Source of the DNA: Trypanosoma brucei
Lineage: Eukaryota
Direction of reading: 5' to 3'
Length of the DNA: 64,000 nt
Assembly: GCA_000002445.1 (NCBI GenBank)
Contig: CM000208.1
Span: 2,944,001-3,008,000, forward strand
Numbering within the stretch: the stretch's first letter is position 1; the number at the start of each line of letters is the position of its first letter. Below are positions 52,554 through 64,000 of the stretch, piece by piece. The notes beneath the pieces are model-generated. The model was given only the letters and a program-made list of their open reading frames with translations, was not told the origin of the DNA and searched no databases. Position numbers and translations under genes: made by a program.

Positions 52554-55500
52554 TAAAAAAGTATGTAAATGACTGCTTGATATTCCCTGATCCATCTCGC
52601 GACTACTTCCCCCCTTCCTCTTTACCATTTTCGTCCTTTTTTTTTCTATTCGTTTTACACAACTTATTTTTTAAAAAAATTTTTTTTTAAAAATTAAGAG
52701 TCGTAAAGAAGACAAGCGAATATTAAAAGCACGAACATAACAACAGACGATTCACAAAATATTTTCTCCCTCCCGTTTTCGAAAAGTTGGGACACGAGGC
52801 CTAAACAACAACAACAAAAAAAAACATCATCGTTACAACGATGTTCCATGTGGCAAAAGGAAAACAAAAAAAAGAAGACAAAAACAAAAACAAAAAACAC
52901 AACCGCAACAATACCATGCGGAAGGGAAGATAGGAAAGTTCTTTTTTTTGAAATAATAGTAATAATAATAATTATTATTACTACTACTACTGCTACCATG
53001 GTGTCATCTCTGACATTTCTTGGCTTCCACATGGTATTGTTATAGTTGTTGTTGCAGTTGTGATATATATATATATATATATGTACCCATCTCAATTTAT
53101 TAAAATACAAGTCTAAAAAAAAATTATTATCGTTACTTCGTTTTGAACCTCACCCGTAATAAACCCTCCCCCACCACATTCTTTTCCGAGACGTACACCA
53201 CACCAAAACAAAAAACAAAAGACAAAAAACAAGAAGAAGAAGAGCATATCCACCCAACACTTACAAAATAAGAGAAGGGAGAAAAAAGAAGAAAGAAAAC
53301 AAAACAAAACAGAAGGAAAAAAATTCCCTTCGTAAAAATATGGAGTTATATTTATGTGCTTAAGGATGACCTTACGCAATTTCATTATAAAACAAATGCA
53401 ACAACGCATCCCTTTTTTTTTTTTTTTGCACTCTTTCTTCCACTTTGCTTTTTTAATTTTTTTACCGTACCACCTCTTTTACTACTTTTCCTGCAAATCC
53501 TATCTTTCTTTCTTTTCTTTTTTTTTTTAAATAAAAAACTTTTTGAAAACCTTTTCGCTTTCTCTTTCTCTTTCAATTTTATTTTTCTGTTTGCCACTGC
53601 TCCCATCACTTTTTTCTTTTTTACTTTTCTTTTCCCACGTTTGTATTTTCATCTTCTCACTTGAATGGAAACGGTTGCAAAAAAACATACACACGAACAT
53701 ATATATTATATTATATATATTATATATATAATTATATACTCAAAAAGTACAAATGTGTGTATATAGTATATATATATATATATTTATTTATTTATATATT
53801 GAAAGCGCAGCTCCCGCTATTGTAATTAAGGTAACGTCATGAGCTTATAGACAAGTGGAAAAGAGTTAATAAACGAATGAAGAGAACATAATTTTAGGAG
53901 ATGGAAACCATCATGCAGAAAATGACAAAACAGATAAAGAAAGAAAGAAAGAAAAGTAAGTAAAAAAAAAAGAGATGGTATGGATGGGGTGGTGGTGGTG
54001 AGAAATAAAACAACAGGAAGTAAAAGCAAAAAAAAAAAAATCAGGAGAAAATGAAGCGGTGGATGATCACAGGCGTGACTTGAGATCACACCCAAAATGA
54101 CACCGCCATATATACTTTCAACGACTGAATGGAGAAAAATAAAAAAGAAAATCAAGAAAAATAAAACCAATGCACAAATATATATATATATATATTTGCA
54201 TCACTCTTTTGTTTTGTTTACATCTGTCTCATGTGTACTTAAATACCCCAGCACGGTCTCTCGCACTTAATCAAACCTCCGACACGAATATGAAATATGT
54301 CAATAGATAATATCAGTTCTTCTTTTTGCTACACATCCGATTTCCACCTTCCCTTTTTCTCTTTTTTTTCTTTCTTTCTTTCTTTCTCTCTCTCTCTCGT
54401 TACACCAAACCCTCACATAATCCAAAACCACACAATAAAATAGAAAAAAGAAGAAGAAGGGAGAAACTAAAAAAAAAAAACAACAACCGAACAACAACAA
54501 CACCAACAAATAGAGGGTGCGTGTGTGGAAGAGAGAAAAGAGGGAGAGAGGAAATGGGGGAAAAAAAAGATTAACCATCAACGTTTCCAGATATATCTCT
54601 CTCTTTTTTTTTTTCCTTCTCCCTTTTTATTTTGATTTTTGTGCGCGTAGTCACTTAATATATGGTTTTCAGAAAAGCAAAAAAAAACAAAACAAAAAAC
54701 AACAACAACAGCAGACAACAAAAGAAGAAGAAAAATAAAAAAACAAAATCAAAAGGCACACATATCGTGCAAAAAAAAAAAAGAAACCCTTATAGAACAT
54801 CATATTCCCTTTCCTTATGCCACCACACCGTCACCTTCCCCCATCTGCATCTGCCTCCACCTCCGCCAATTAAAAAAAAAAAAGCAAAAACCAAAACCAA
54901 AACCAAAAACAACAAAAGACCATAAACGAAAAGTAAAATGAAATAAAGACTATAAATAAGACGAGACAAGAATAAAACAACAGGAGTGGCACCGGCAGCA
55001 TTACAAGTAAATATGAAATGGAGGGAAGGGGAGAGGGGTAAAATAAAAAAAAAAAAGGAAGGGACGCTCACGAAGGAGGGTTGGAGTTTGGATCTGGGAA
55101 TGATGTACTCTACAAACCAAAAACAACAACAACAACAACAACAACAACACACCACACGGAAATCATATGTGTAGTCGTCTCCACGTATTTAAACAGACGT
55201 GAAGAAGAAGAAGAGGGATTGAGGGATTGGTAAGAAGGGTTGCCCTCCCATCGACGCGCTGTTAAAATTAGAAGGACTTTAAAATCTCTCTTTTCTTTTC
55301 TTTTCTTTTCCTTTCTCTCTCTCTCTCTCTTTTGTTCTTATTTATTTATTTTTGCTTATTGTTCTGCTCCTACATATTAGCTCAATCACACACAGATATG
55401 TAAATAAATAAACGAATACACTAGTACATATATACATTCATATATATATGAATGTATATATGTATACCCTGCTCATTTCATTTTATTTTCTTTAAACCGT

Positions 55501-57635
55501 CAGCTTCAGCATTCTCAGTTACTCACGCATTCTTTATTTACTTCTCCTTGTTTTCATTGCGCTTGCGTTTGTATGTGGGATGAAAAGAATATAACAACAA
55601 TAACAATATTAATGGTAATAACACGTCCCAATAAACCACAACCAAAAACCAGTAAGCAAAATACAAATGGGAAAGGGGTGGAAAGAAAAAAAAGAAAACA
55701 CATTCGTTACAACAAACAGACGCACAAACTCGGAGTGTATGCACACCAAATGAAGCAAACTCAACGTAAAAGTCATACCGACCGAACAGCTGAAATAACA
55801 AACAAATCATCACACATTTGAAGTCAAATCAAAAACTAACGGCATCCATGAGCTTTTTTGCCCTTCCGCTCACAGTGTAGTGAGGAAACAAAAAAAAAAC
55901 AGGTAAGGGCACAACTGCATCATAGAAGTGAAGTGAAGTGAAGTGATGAGAGAAAGTTATAAAATATCTCTGCACTTCCCTCTCTGCCTACGTTCGTGAT
56001 CGGTGCAAGCGGAGTTTCGCAAACAAAATCAAAAAAAAACATAAAGTCAAAACAACACATTCAAAATGCACTCCCCTCCACTTTTTCTCTTTATTTCCTC
56101 CGGTTTTTATTTCATTCTGGTCACACATCCCAGTCTGTCACATCACATCACATTTCATTTGCCCCTTCGCTTATTATTTTTATTATATTTCCTCACCTAC
56201 ATTTTCCTCTTCTTTTTTTCTCATTAGTTATGTTTCTTTTTTTTTTTTCCTTGCTGTCTTCTACTTTTTCCATTCGCAGTGAAAGTAGTTTCCCCACTGA
56301 CGTATTTTTATTTTCTTTTCTTAATATAAGTATACCTATCATTAGGTATTTTGTCTGAACAAATATATATATATATATAACCGTACATATCCATACATAT
56401 ATATATATATATTTATTTATAAATTTTCTCTTACTTACATTTAGACAAAGTGGAAAATATCCCTCCCTCTCTCTTTTCTTATATTTGTTTTTGAGGTTCA
56501 CTCTTCGCCTATTATAATCACTGTTATATTTTTTGTTTTGTTTTTACCTACGTATCATGCGTGCCGACGGCAATGTGTAAAAAGGAAGGAAGTGAAAGGG
56601 GGGGGGGAATGATGGGCTTGAAAAATTTTTAGTTTTTCTTCTCATTTATTTATTTTTATCTTATTTATTTTTGTATTTTCCGGCTCACAGTTTCTTTTCC
56701 TTTGTAATTTTTCTTGAGCATGTGGCAGTAGTAGACATCGACCACGGGTTAAGTTTGTTCACACAATCACAAATGAAAGAAACTAAAAGAAACAGGAAAA
56801 AAAAACACCAATAATAATAATAATGGTAATAGTAATAACAAGCGAAAGACATAACTCGATTCTTTTGTAATTTCTTTTCCTTTTTTGCTTTTTCTCCACA
56901 CAGACACAGAACAACAGCTGCAACGACAATCATATCCACACACACACACACAAACAAACAAACACATAATATAAACAGTTGAAAGCAGGCACCAATGCCA
57001 TGCAGAAGGATGGAAAATGAAGATGGAATTGGGGTAATTAACTAAATAAGGATCACAAAACAAACAAAGACGCACACACAAACACATAAAGAAAGGAAAA
57101 AAAACAAAAGGAATATAACGGAGGTGTGGGAAGGAAAACATTAACGGGGTGGAGAGCCAAAAGTACATATAAATGAATGGACCCATATTCCTCTTTCTGT
57201 TTCTCCTTCCTTTCCCTCCGAGTTCAAAATGAGATTTTGGTGACTCATATATATATATATATATATTCTTTACATTTTTACCTTCATTTTCATCATGATG
57301 CGCGGAAAATAACATTAAAGGAAAACGGAAAGAAATGTATATACTCACACGCAAACTCATCTGGACGTAAACGTACGTGAAGGCGTCTTTTTTTTCCTTT
57401 TTCTTTTTTTAAATAAAGGAGGGGGCCCTTAGTTGGAAGTTTGTCTTCTCCCTTCTAATACCTGAAAACTTTACCTTTAAAGCCAACGTGCATTTCGAAA
57501 ACAGCTATCACAGCAATATTAAAGGGAGAAAAAAAAACAAATGAAGCAACGACAACAATAACAACACGTCCCCCCACTAACAAACAAACATCCGCGTAGA
57601 TAAACGCTAACACCTGCATGACGCTCCTCTACCGC

Positions 57636-60203
57636 CTACAGCGTTGGCATGCAGGAGTAAAAACTCTGAGCCCCACCTCGGTAGAAAACCCTTGGGGCTA
57701 AAGTTGCGGGATACGCCTGAAACGGATGTGCAAAACCATCAGAAGGTGTGGGACTCATAATTTCCCCACGACCCCGCGTGTACACGAGCCCTGCCGAGTA
57801 CATGTCCCGCCCATCCGACATTGAGCGTTGAGGTGGAGACATCATGCCTGGGAAACATGCCTGACTACTGATTGCCAGGCCGGGTGTGCCCATGGGAAGT
57901 TGTTGTGGTTGCTGCGGCGGCGGCGGCGGCGCACGCGTCATAATCATCGTGTCGGTTGGGGAACCGATATAACCGTAACCGCAGTGTGCACCACCAGTTG
58001 TTGCAAGTGGGAGCATAGGTTGACCACCAAGCGCAACAGCACCTGGAGAAGGTTGCGGATATGTATTGCCAGGGATCATCGAGTGTTCTACCAAACTCAT
58101 GGAGTTACTGTGTATCCCCTGCGTGTTACTCATGCTGCTGTGGCCCGTCGAACTTTGTCTTGGTTTCCGACTTCCTCCGCGACCCATACTACTCGGAGAA
58201 TGTGAACCATTAAAGTCACAGGGGAAACTTCCACCATACACAGCACCCGCCTCTCCCCACAGTGGCATGCCCATGCACTCCATTTTCTGTACAAGGTGCT
58301 GTCCATATACAGAGCAACGTATGGTGTGGAGGTGCGGCCTTATCTGCTCCGCAATGTGCTGCTGCTGTGCCTTTGTCACTTGCTGGAGTAAACGTTGGAC
58401 GACATAGTTTGCGTACTGATCCTGCATCATAAGCACGAGGTAGTTGCCATCTTCTGAAGCACCTAAAGGATGGGTGAGCGTCTCTACAACTTGCTGCAGT
58501 TCTTCTGCATTTGCCTTGATAATAGTTTTTTCGGCAACATTAGACGCAAATTTGCTACACGAAAGGGCATATACGTGCGGTATTAACTGAGTCACGAAGC
58601 GTTGTCGTAATTCCTCAGGCGCATTCAAAAGAGCATACTGCACAACATAATTTCCATACTGGTCCATCACGTACTCATGTACATTCTCGAGCACGGCTTC
58701 TAACATGGGGCGAATGTTCACTCCATGTGCTGTAGAACACCTCTCGAAAACGCACTGCAACACACGGCAACCGTACGGGTGACGCGAAAGCGCCTTTAAG
58801 TGCGGCATGAAGGAGTCCACCAACAGCTGCGTCTTCTCTGGGATGACTTCAATGAGTTTCTGGGCTACGTGGTTAGCGTTTTGGTCAAATATACATTCTA
58901 CAAGGCAATCCTTTAGCTCGAAGAGCACCTCCTCCCGCTTCTCCGGTGAGGCCTTTTCCAACATCTTCTGGATTACGCGGCAGCCGTACATCTGAAACGA
59001 GTACTCCTTTAACCTTCCGCTAACTTGCTTTATGAGTCGTTTGCACATGTCACTCTCAGTAGGTAGCATGTCCAACAACTTCTGTAAAACATAATTTCCA
59101 AATACGTCAATGATCAATTCATGTGTACGTGGAAACACCTCGTTGAAGATCGGTTCGATGTTCTCCGGATTATTTAGGAGACGTTGTACACAGCGGCTTC
59201 CGTCCTGATCCTTGCAAAGGGAAACAACCTGCAACCTGAATTCGTCAGAGACAGCAAGGGCATGATTCGATTCAAGATTATCGCGTGCTGTTGTCGGTTC
59301 TTCGTTTGTGAACCTGTCACCACCAACTTCACCGTTACTAGGCTGCTTAAATGCACCGTTCTTTTGTCCATAGTTTGACGTAGAACGGTTCCTGCTGCTG
59401 CCTGGTGCCCGTCGTGAGAGTGTATCAACTTGCTGAGGCTGCTGCCCACTGGATGTGTCCTGTTGCGTCAACGAGCCGTTTTGCATTCCTTCGCCGTTGG
59501 CTTTCATATTCGCGAGGTCAACAGCACCAACGTTTACACTAAAAGAACCGCTACTACCGGGTGCTGCGGAGGGTGGCTCGAGGGAGCCCATGGCCGAATG
59601 AAGCCGCTTGAAACCTTCCGTCTCCCCTCCTGTGGGAGCGGCGTCCCGCGACCCCCTCCGCGGCGGTGAGGCGCTCCCGCTGTTCAGCCTCGCCACTTCG
59701 CCGCAGAGGTCATGCCTTGGCGTGCGCTCTCCTACTGAAGTTCCTACTGCTGTGGAGCCCGTCACTTTAGTTGTGCCGCTGTCACCGACAACTCCGACAC
59801 CGTCTTGCGGTTGTGTGTTGGTGGCGGAGGTGCCACGTCTTCCTGCACCACTGCCACGTCTTCCGAAGTTATTGGAGCGTAGCGGAACAAGCATGCGCGG
59901 GTCACGGGGGTATTTGGAGTAATATTCCCGGTGATATTCCTCTGCATATCGGTACTCCTCCTCCGGGGGAACGTCCGCCTCAAGGCTACCAATACAAAGC
60001 GTCCCATCGGATGAAAACATGGTGAGAACCATAGGCGCCGTTTCAGCCCGCCGCACGTCACGCGGGTCGGCAAGTAAAGCCCCGCTGCCACTGAATATAT
60101 CGTCGGCTCCAGCAAGCCAATCTGCTTCACCGCTGCCTGGTGGCGTGTTTGATGAGACGGGTTCGTCCCAACCAGACATGTTTCGTGCTGCAATCCGTTT
60201 CAA
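57636..60203 (-). CDS. Pumilio/PUF-family RNA-binding protein, 855 aa
   Basis: Eight consecutive PUF repeats recognisable by the aromatic-x-x-Q cores: FGNYVLQKLL, YGCRVIQKML, NHVAQKLIEV, YGCRVLQCVF, GNYVVQYAL, ASNVAEKTI, ANYVVQRLL and YGQHLVQKM. Low-complexity S/G/Q/P-rich N- and C-terminal extensions. Confidence 0.9.
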   Translation of the reverse strand: MKRIAARNMSGWDEPVSSNTPPGSGEADWLAGADDIFSGSGALLADPRDVRRAETAPMVLTMFSSDGTLCIGSLEADVPPEEEYRYAEEYHREYYSKYPRDPRMLVPLRSNNFGRRGSGAGRRGTSATNTQPQDGVGVVGDSGTTKVTGSTAVGTSVGERTPRHDLCGEVARLNSGSASPPRRGSRDAAPTGGETEGFKRLHSAMGSLEPPSAAPGSSGSFSVNVGAVDLANMKANGEGMQNGSLTQQDTSSGQQPQQVDTLSRRAPGSSRNRSTSNYGQKNGAFKQPSNGEVGGDRFTNEEPTTARDNLESNHALAVSDEFRLQVVSLCKDQDGSRCVQRLLNNPENIEPIFNEVFPRTHELIIDVFGNYVLQKLLDMLPTESDMCKRLIKQVSGRLKEYSFQMYGCRVIQKMLEKASPEKREEVLFELKDCLVECIFDQNANHVAQKLIEVIPEKTQLLVDSFMPHLKALSRHPYGCRVLQCVFERCSTAHGVNIRPMLEAVLENVHEYVMDQYGNYVVQYALLNAPEELRQRFVTQLIPHVYALSCSKFASNVAEKTIIKANAEELQQVVETLTHPLGASEDGNYLVLMMQDQYANYVVQRLLQQVTKAQQQHIAEQIRPHLHTIRCSVYGQHLVQKMECMGMPLWGEAGAVYGGSFPCDFNGSHSPSSMGRGGSRKPRQSSTGHSSMSNTQGIHSNSMSLVEHSMIPGNTYPQPSPGAVALGGQPMLPLATTGGAHCGYGYIGSPTDTMIMTRAPPPPPQQPQQLPMGTPGLAISSQACFPGMMSPPQRSMSDGRDMYSAGLVYTRGRGEIMSPTPSDGFAHPFQAYPATLAPRVFYRGGAQSFYSCMPTL

Positions 60204-61033
60204 ACGTTCGTATCACTTTACGTAATCTCCCCACTTCGGTATTTCGTAAGATGTTTTTCTTTAGGTACCCCCTCCCCTTCCAATATCGTCTTGTTATGCG
60301 TTATAGGAACAGTTTCCGTCTCGGTGTTTGTTCTCACCTTTTCCCTTCTTTTGTTTCCCACCCTTTAATTTTCTAGGCGTTGGCTCCCCTCTGCCCCTTT
60401 CCCCCTTCGCTTTCGTTCGCCCGCTTCTCCTATATATACCCTGCACCCGAAGGAGTAACAACGGGGTCTTTGTCCCTCAACCTGCCTTTCGTCCCCCCCT
60501 CCTTTACTGTGTGGTAGCAACGCTAACGTACTTTTGTCGACTATTAATAATTATTTTTGCTTTGCCTGTTTTCTTTTCCCCTTCTCCCTCCTATGCACCT
60601 ATTTGAACGGCTCGCTGTATGTTTAATCGAGCGCGCACGAAGAGAAGGATGAGATAATAGCGATAGTAGTAAACAAGATCCAAGCCAATGCAGCATATAT
60701 ATATATATATATATATATAAAGAGGCGTTTACGACACTGCAATCCCCTCCCTTTCGCCATTTTTTTTTTGCATTCAGGATAGGCTGAAACTCCCATTGAA
60801 TTCACGCATGCACGCGACACACACACGAAAAAAAAAAATGAAATAAAAAAGAAAAGATTACTGGATCGCATGTATAATTAAAGAAATTACAGATCTCACA
60901 TCCTTTCTCGCTCACACACTCTCACATTGCTCTTTTCACTTCATCAACGGAGAGAACCGAACATCCGCATTCTGAGTTGTATTCCACCATTCACTGTTGC
61001 GATTGTAAGTGGGTGACGGTGGCACGCTTTCTC

Positions 61034-61090
61034 AAAAAAAAAAAATAATAATAATAAAATAATAATAATAATAATAATAATAAATAATAG
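61034..61090. repeat. Poly(A) then (AAT)n microsatellite in the region upstream of the PUF gene
   Basis: aaaaaaaaaaaataataataataaaataataataataataataataaataatag. Confidence 0.9.
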
Positions 61091-62982
61091 CAACAACAAA
61101 GAAGTTGGAATTCCGTCTCCCCCCAAAAAAAATTCTTCCTCACTACCCCCTTGCCTCCGGTATAGAAAATTTCACACTCTCAAAAGATTATGGACAAATG
61201 AACACAATACAAGAGCACCTCTTCCTGTTAGTTCTCGCTTGGTTTCTACATGCAGTATTTTTTTTTTAAAAAAAAAAATGGGACGCCGCTATCGGTCACA
61301 GCAACAGGTGTAGACACAAGATGCGATTCGATATGCGGAAGGGTGAATCATGGTTTCTCATTTATCTTTTCATATCTTCTCGCGTGGCATGTTGTTAAAT
61401 AGTTTTTCCGTATTCGTCTTCACCATCCTTCAAAGTTATTCGCGAGAGAAAGCGAAACCTCTCAAAGAGAATAAGGAAAGACAGTGAATAGAAAGTTAAT
61501 ATAACAACACGCTATGTGTGTATGTGTGTGTGTGTGGGAGGGTGATACGAGGTAAAAACAAAAATGGTAAGGGCCATTTGTGAAGTGGCAACACGTTTTG
61601 GATTGCGTGCTTACACCGTATCCTCTCATTTTTACCACACAGCGATGTTAGCAACTCATGAACAGGAAGCAACAGCAACGAAGAAAAAAAAAAGTTACAA
61701 AAAAAAAAGGAAATTTCCCGCCCACCCCACCCTCTGCACTTCAGTTTTGCGACATCCCGCTTACATCCATCGGATCTCAGATGTACTGAAATGCTCAACG
61801 AACACCACCGGCTCTTGATTTGAATGGGAAGGTGCGGCAAGGCTGAAAAAGCAAACAAACAAACAACAGAAACTCAAGAAAGAAAAATGATAAACACACA
61901 CCTTCTGCCTTTCTTCACATACTGGTTTCAACATTCCTCAACTTACTCTTTTTTAAACCGGCAACGTGTATCAGCGACAAGAACAGGAAACCGGGACTTG
62001 AACAAAACACGGTAATGCCTGATTCGTAATGGTGTGGTTGATTATTCGTATATATGGATGCCTTCTTTTTTTTTTTTTTGAGGGGGATCCACAGTTTTCC
62101 CTTTTTGTGTTTTAGTATACCGAAATCCCACTTTCCTTCGAAATATTTTATTCTTTTAATATAATAAAGGTACAATAATGATGACATAACCAAAAATCAT
62201 GCCATCATCGTTTTACTCCCGGTTGCCCGCCATCCCAGAAGGGGGAAAAAGCGGTGAATGACCGACGTGAAGACTGTTTAAGTGAATCTACCGAAGATCA
62301 GCACGGGAGGAGATGTTCGACAATCCCAAAAAAAGCAGTTCCTCCTCTCCTCCCATTTCCCAATTTCTTATTTATTCCCTTCTAATTTTTCTCCTCATTC
62401 CCTTTCCTGACAGTTACGAGTCTCTAATGTTTATACACATAACATTCTGCTTAAAAAAGCTTCCGAATTTACAACAACCCACGTGACAGGCGTCTGCTTG
62501 GTAGATTTGGCGAGCATTATTCATTTCATTTTTTAAAAAAAACTCCTGAACGCATGAAAAGTCGTTTTCGCATTTGTGACACATGCTAAGACACCAGAGA
62601 AGAAAAACAAACAAACAAGCGCGCGCACACATACATACATACATACATACACAAACAAACAGACATCGCTCCCAAATATATCTGAGTGTGTGTGTGTGCT
62701 GGGTGCGCAAGCCGTGTCCAGCGCAAAACCAGCCACAACGAAACAAGGGCAGAAATAACGAGAACGAAAAATAAAGAAATCCTGTTAAGTGCGCGCTTAA
62801 AAAAGAAGAGGAAGGAAGAACAACAAGGCATGTTCATATATATATATATATATATATATTTACAGATATCGCACATCAACGCCCTTCTAAATTTATCATG
62901 TTCTCATTCTTGCCCACTTCCTACAGTGTTATGCGCTTCCCTCCCCTTCCTTCGGAAGCGGATTTTGGTAGCAATGTGCTGC

Positions 62983-64000
62983 CTATATGGACGGACGGAC
63001 GACCTGACCGGTGTGCAGCTCACTTCGTGGTTTGCGCATTTGTGTATAAAAACTCTGGAAATAACGCTGCCGTTGAGTTCGGTACCTGCTGTCTATTGCA
63101 CTTTGCGTACGCTGCAGCCGCAACGCACTCCCATAGTGGGAAAACCGCGTTTCCGAAGTGACTCGTTCCACCGGGTGTCTCTCGCTCGCAGACTCCTCAT
63201 GGACTGAGTCACACAATCTCATGCACGGAGAGTTAAGAGGTGACAAACCACCCCAAATATTGGATGTACTCGCGCGACTGCGCTCTGTAGCCGCGTACGA
63301 CTGGGGCTGATATTTTGAGGCGGAAAATAAGCGTGCAAAGACGTTTTCCTTCCCGGAGGGGCTCTTTGGTGCGGCAGTGGCCGCATCTCTGGTAATTGCC
63401 TGCTGCTCTTGATGCCCCGACTCCGACACGCCCTTTGCAGTTTTCTTCGATTCTCTTTGCCTTTGCTGGGGTTGTTTTTCATCGTTTCCAAATCCACGGT
63501 TGTGTTGTTCATCATGACCCATCTGTAACGGTGCGACCAGTTCACCATTACGGGTGCTTATTGGCTTCTGTGCACATTGGCGTGCAGCCGCTATGCCGCC
63601 GACTGGGGAGTGCGTTCGCCCTTCTCTCGTTAGGCGCCTCAAAGCGGCACCACCGCCGCGGCGGACTGCATCCGGCGATGTTCTCATTTTCTCTAATTCT
63701 CCCACGCATCTCAATTGATTTGGATGCACAATATAAGTTTGAAGACGTTCATCCCAAGCGGAGCAAGTGGATTGGTTGAATTGCTTCGATGGTCCTTGCG
63801 CCGTAACCGTTGGAACGGTGGTCACTGACATTGTAAGGGGGGAGCCTGTGGCATTGAGTTGCGTGTAGTGGTCACCCATGGCTTTGCTCGTTACATGTGT
63901 GTTGCTCATTGTGTTGACGGCCACTTCGGTGAGTGGTTGCTTGGCGATTTGATGCCCATGGGACTTTGGTGACGGCATTCGAATAGAGGGCGAAACAGAG
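62983..64000 (-). CDS. Hypothetical protein, at least 339 aa; frame is open to the right edge so the N-terminus may lie outside the window
   Basis: A minus-strand ORF with no stop between 63979 and 64000. S/T/Q/R-rich, no recognisable domain. Confidence 0.45.
   Translation of the reverse strand, partial: SVSPSIRMPSPKSHGHQIAKQPLTEVAVNTMSNTHVTSKAMGDHYTQLNATGSPLTMSVTTVPTVTAQGPSKQFNQSTCSAWDERLQTYIVHPNQLRCVGELEKMRTSPDAVRRGGGAALRRLTREGRTHSPVGGIAAARQCAQKPISTRNGELVAPLQMGHDEQHNRGFGNDEKQPQQRQRESKKTAKGVSESGHQEQQAITRDAATAAPKSPSGKENVFARLFSASKYQPQSYAATERSRASTSNIWGGLSPLNSPCMRLCDSVHEESASERHPVERVTSETRFSHYGSALRLQRTQSAIDSRYRTQRQRYFQSFYTQMRKPRSELHTGQVVRPSI

Noticed and set aside
50654-57360. Low-complexity ORFs in the 7.6 kb tract (50654..50914, 51014..51358, 52694..53110, 53826..54170, 56767..57360 and others)
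   Set aside because: The translations are homopolymeric or F/L/K-rich products of poly(T)/poly(A)/(AT)n DNA. There is no domain and no plausible start context.
1-64000. Bacterial-style interpretation (operons, sigma-70 promoters, rho-independent terminators, mobile genetic islands)
   Set aside because: Gene content (kinesins, PUF, SNARE, DPH4), intronless unidirectional gene array and repeat-rich intergenic DNA indicate a kinetoplastid nuclear chromosome. Prokaryotic signal models do not apply.

Overview
The window reads as nuclear DNA from a kinetoplastid, probably Trypanosoma brucei group, inferred from sequence features only. Every convincing gene is intronless and on the minus strand, so the whole 64 kb looks like one directional polycistronic transcription unit read right-to-left. 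Intergenic regions are low-complexity: (TA)n, homopolymers, polypurine/polypyrimidine tracts. I support about 21 protein-coding genes. In order of transcription (high to low coordinate): an edge-truncated hypothetical; a Pumilio/PUF RNA-binding protein; a J-domain protein; an N-myristoylated EF-hand calcium sensor; a Cid1-family non-canonical poly(A) polymerase/TUTase; a HEN1-like small-RNA 2'-O-methyltransferase; a WD40 protein with 5 near-identical 46-aa charged repeats; an unknown 297-aa protein; a short NuoG/75-kDa-like Fe-S protein; DPH4 (J-domain + CSL zinc finger); an 850-aa hypothetical; two tandem, almost identical P-type plasma-membrane H+-ATPase genes with divergent C-terminal tails; a kinesin; a polytopic membrane protein; a 527-aa hypothetical; a small membrane RING protein; a Sec22-like longin R-SNARE; and a second kinesin at the left edge that is absent from the ORF track. 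I found no rRNA, tRNA or CRISPR. The most notable observations are: (i) two decayed internal fragments of the H+-ATPase gene flank the tandem array and share a ~25 bp direct-repeat junction, which reads as a rearrangement scar; (ii) a GC-rich 1.3 kb ORF-less island sits inside a 5.4 kb gene-poor gap; (iii) a 7.6 kb ORF-free low-complexity tract lies downstream of the PUF gene; (iv) a HEN1-like methyltransferase sits next to a Cid1-family TUTase/ncPAP; (v) the Fe-S protein is an apparently truncated complex-I 75-kDa subunit. All family assignments come from motif recognition by eye; none was checked against a database.
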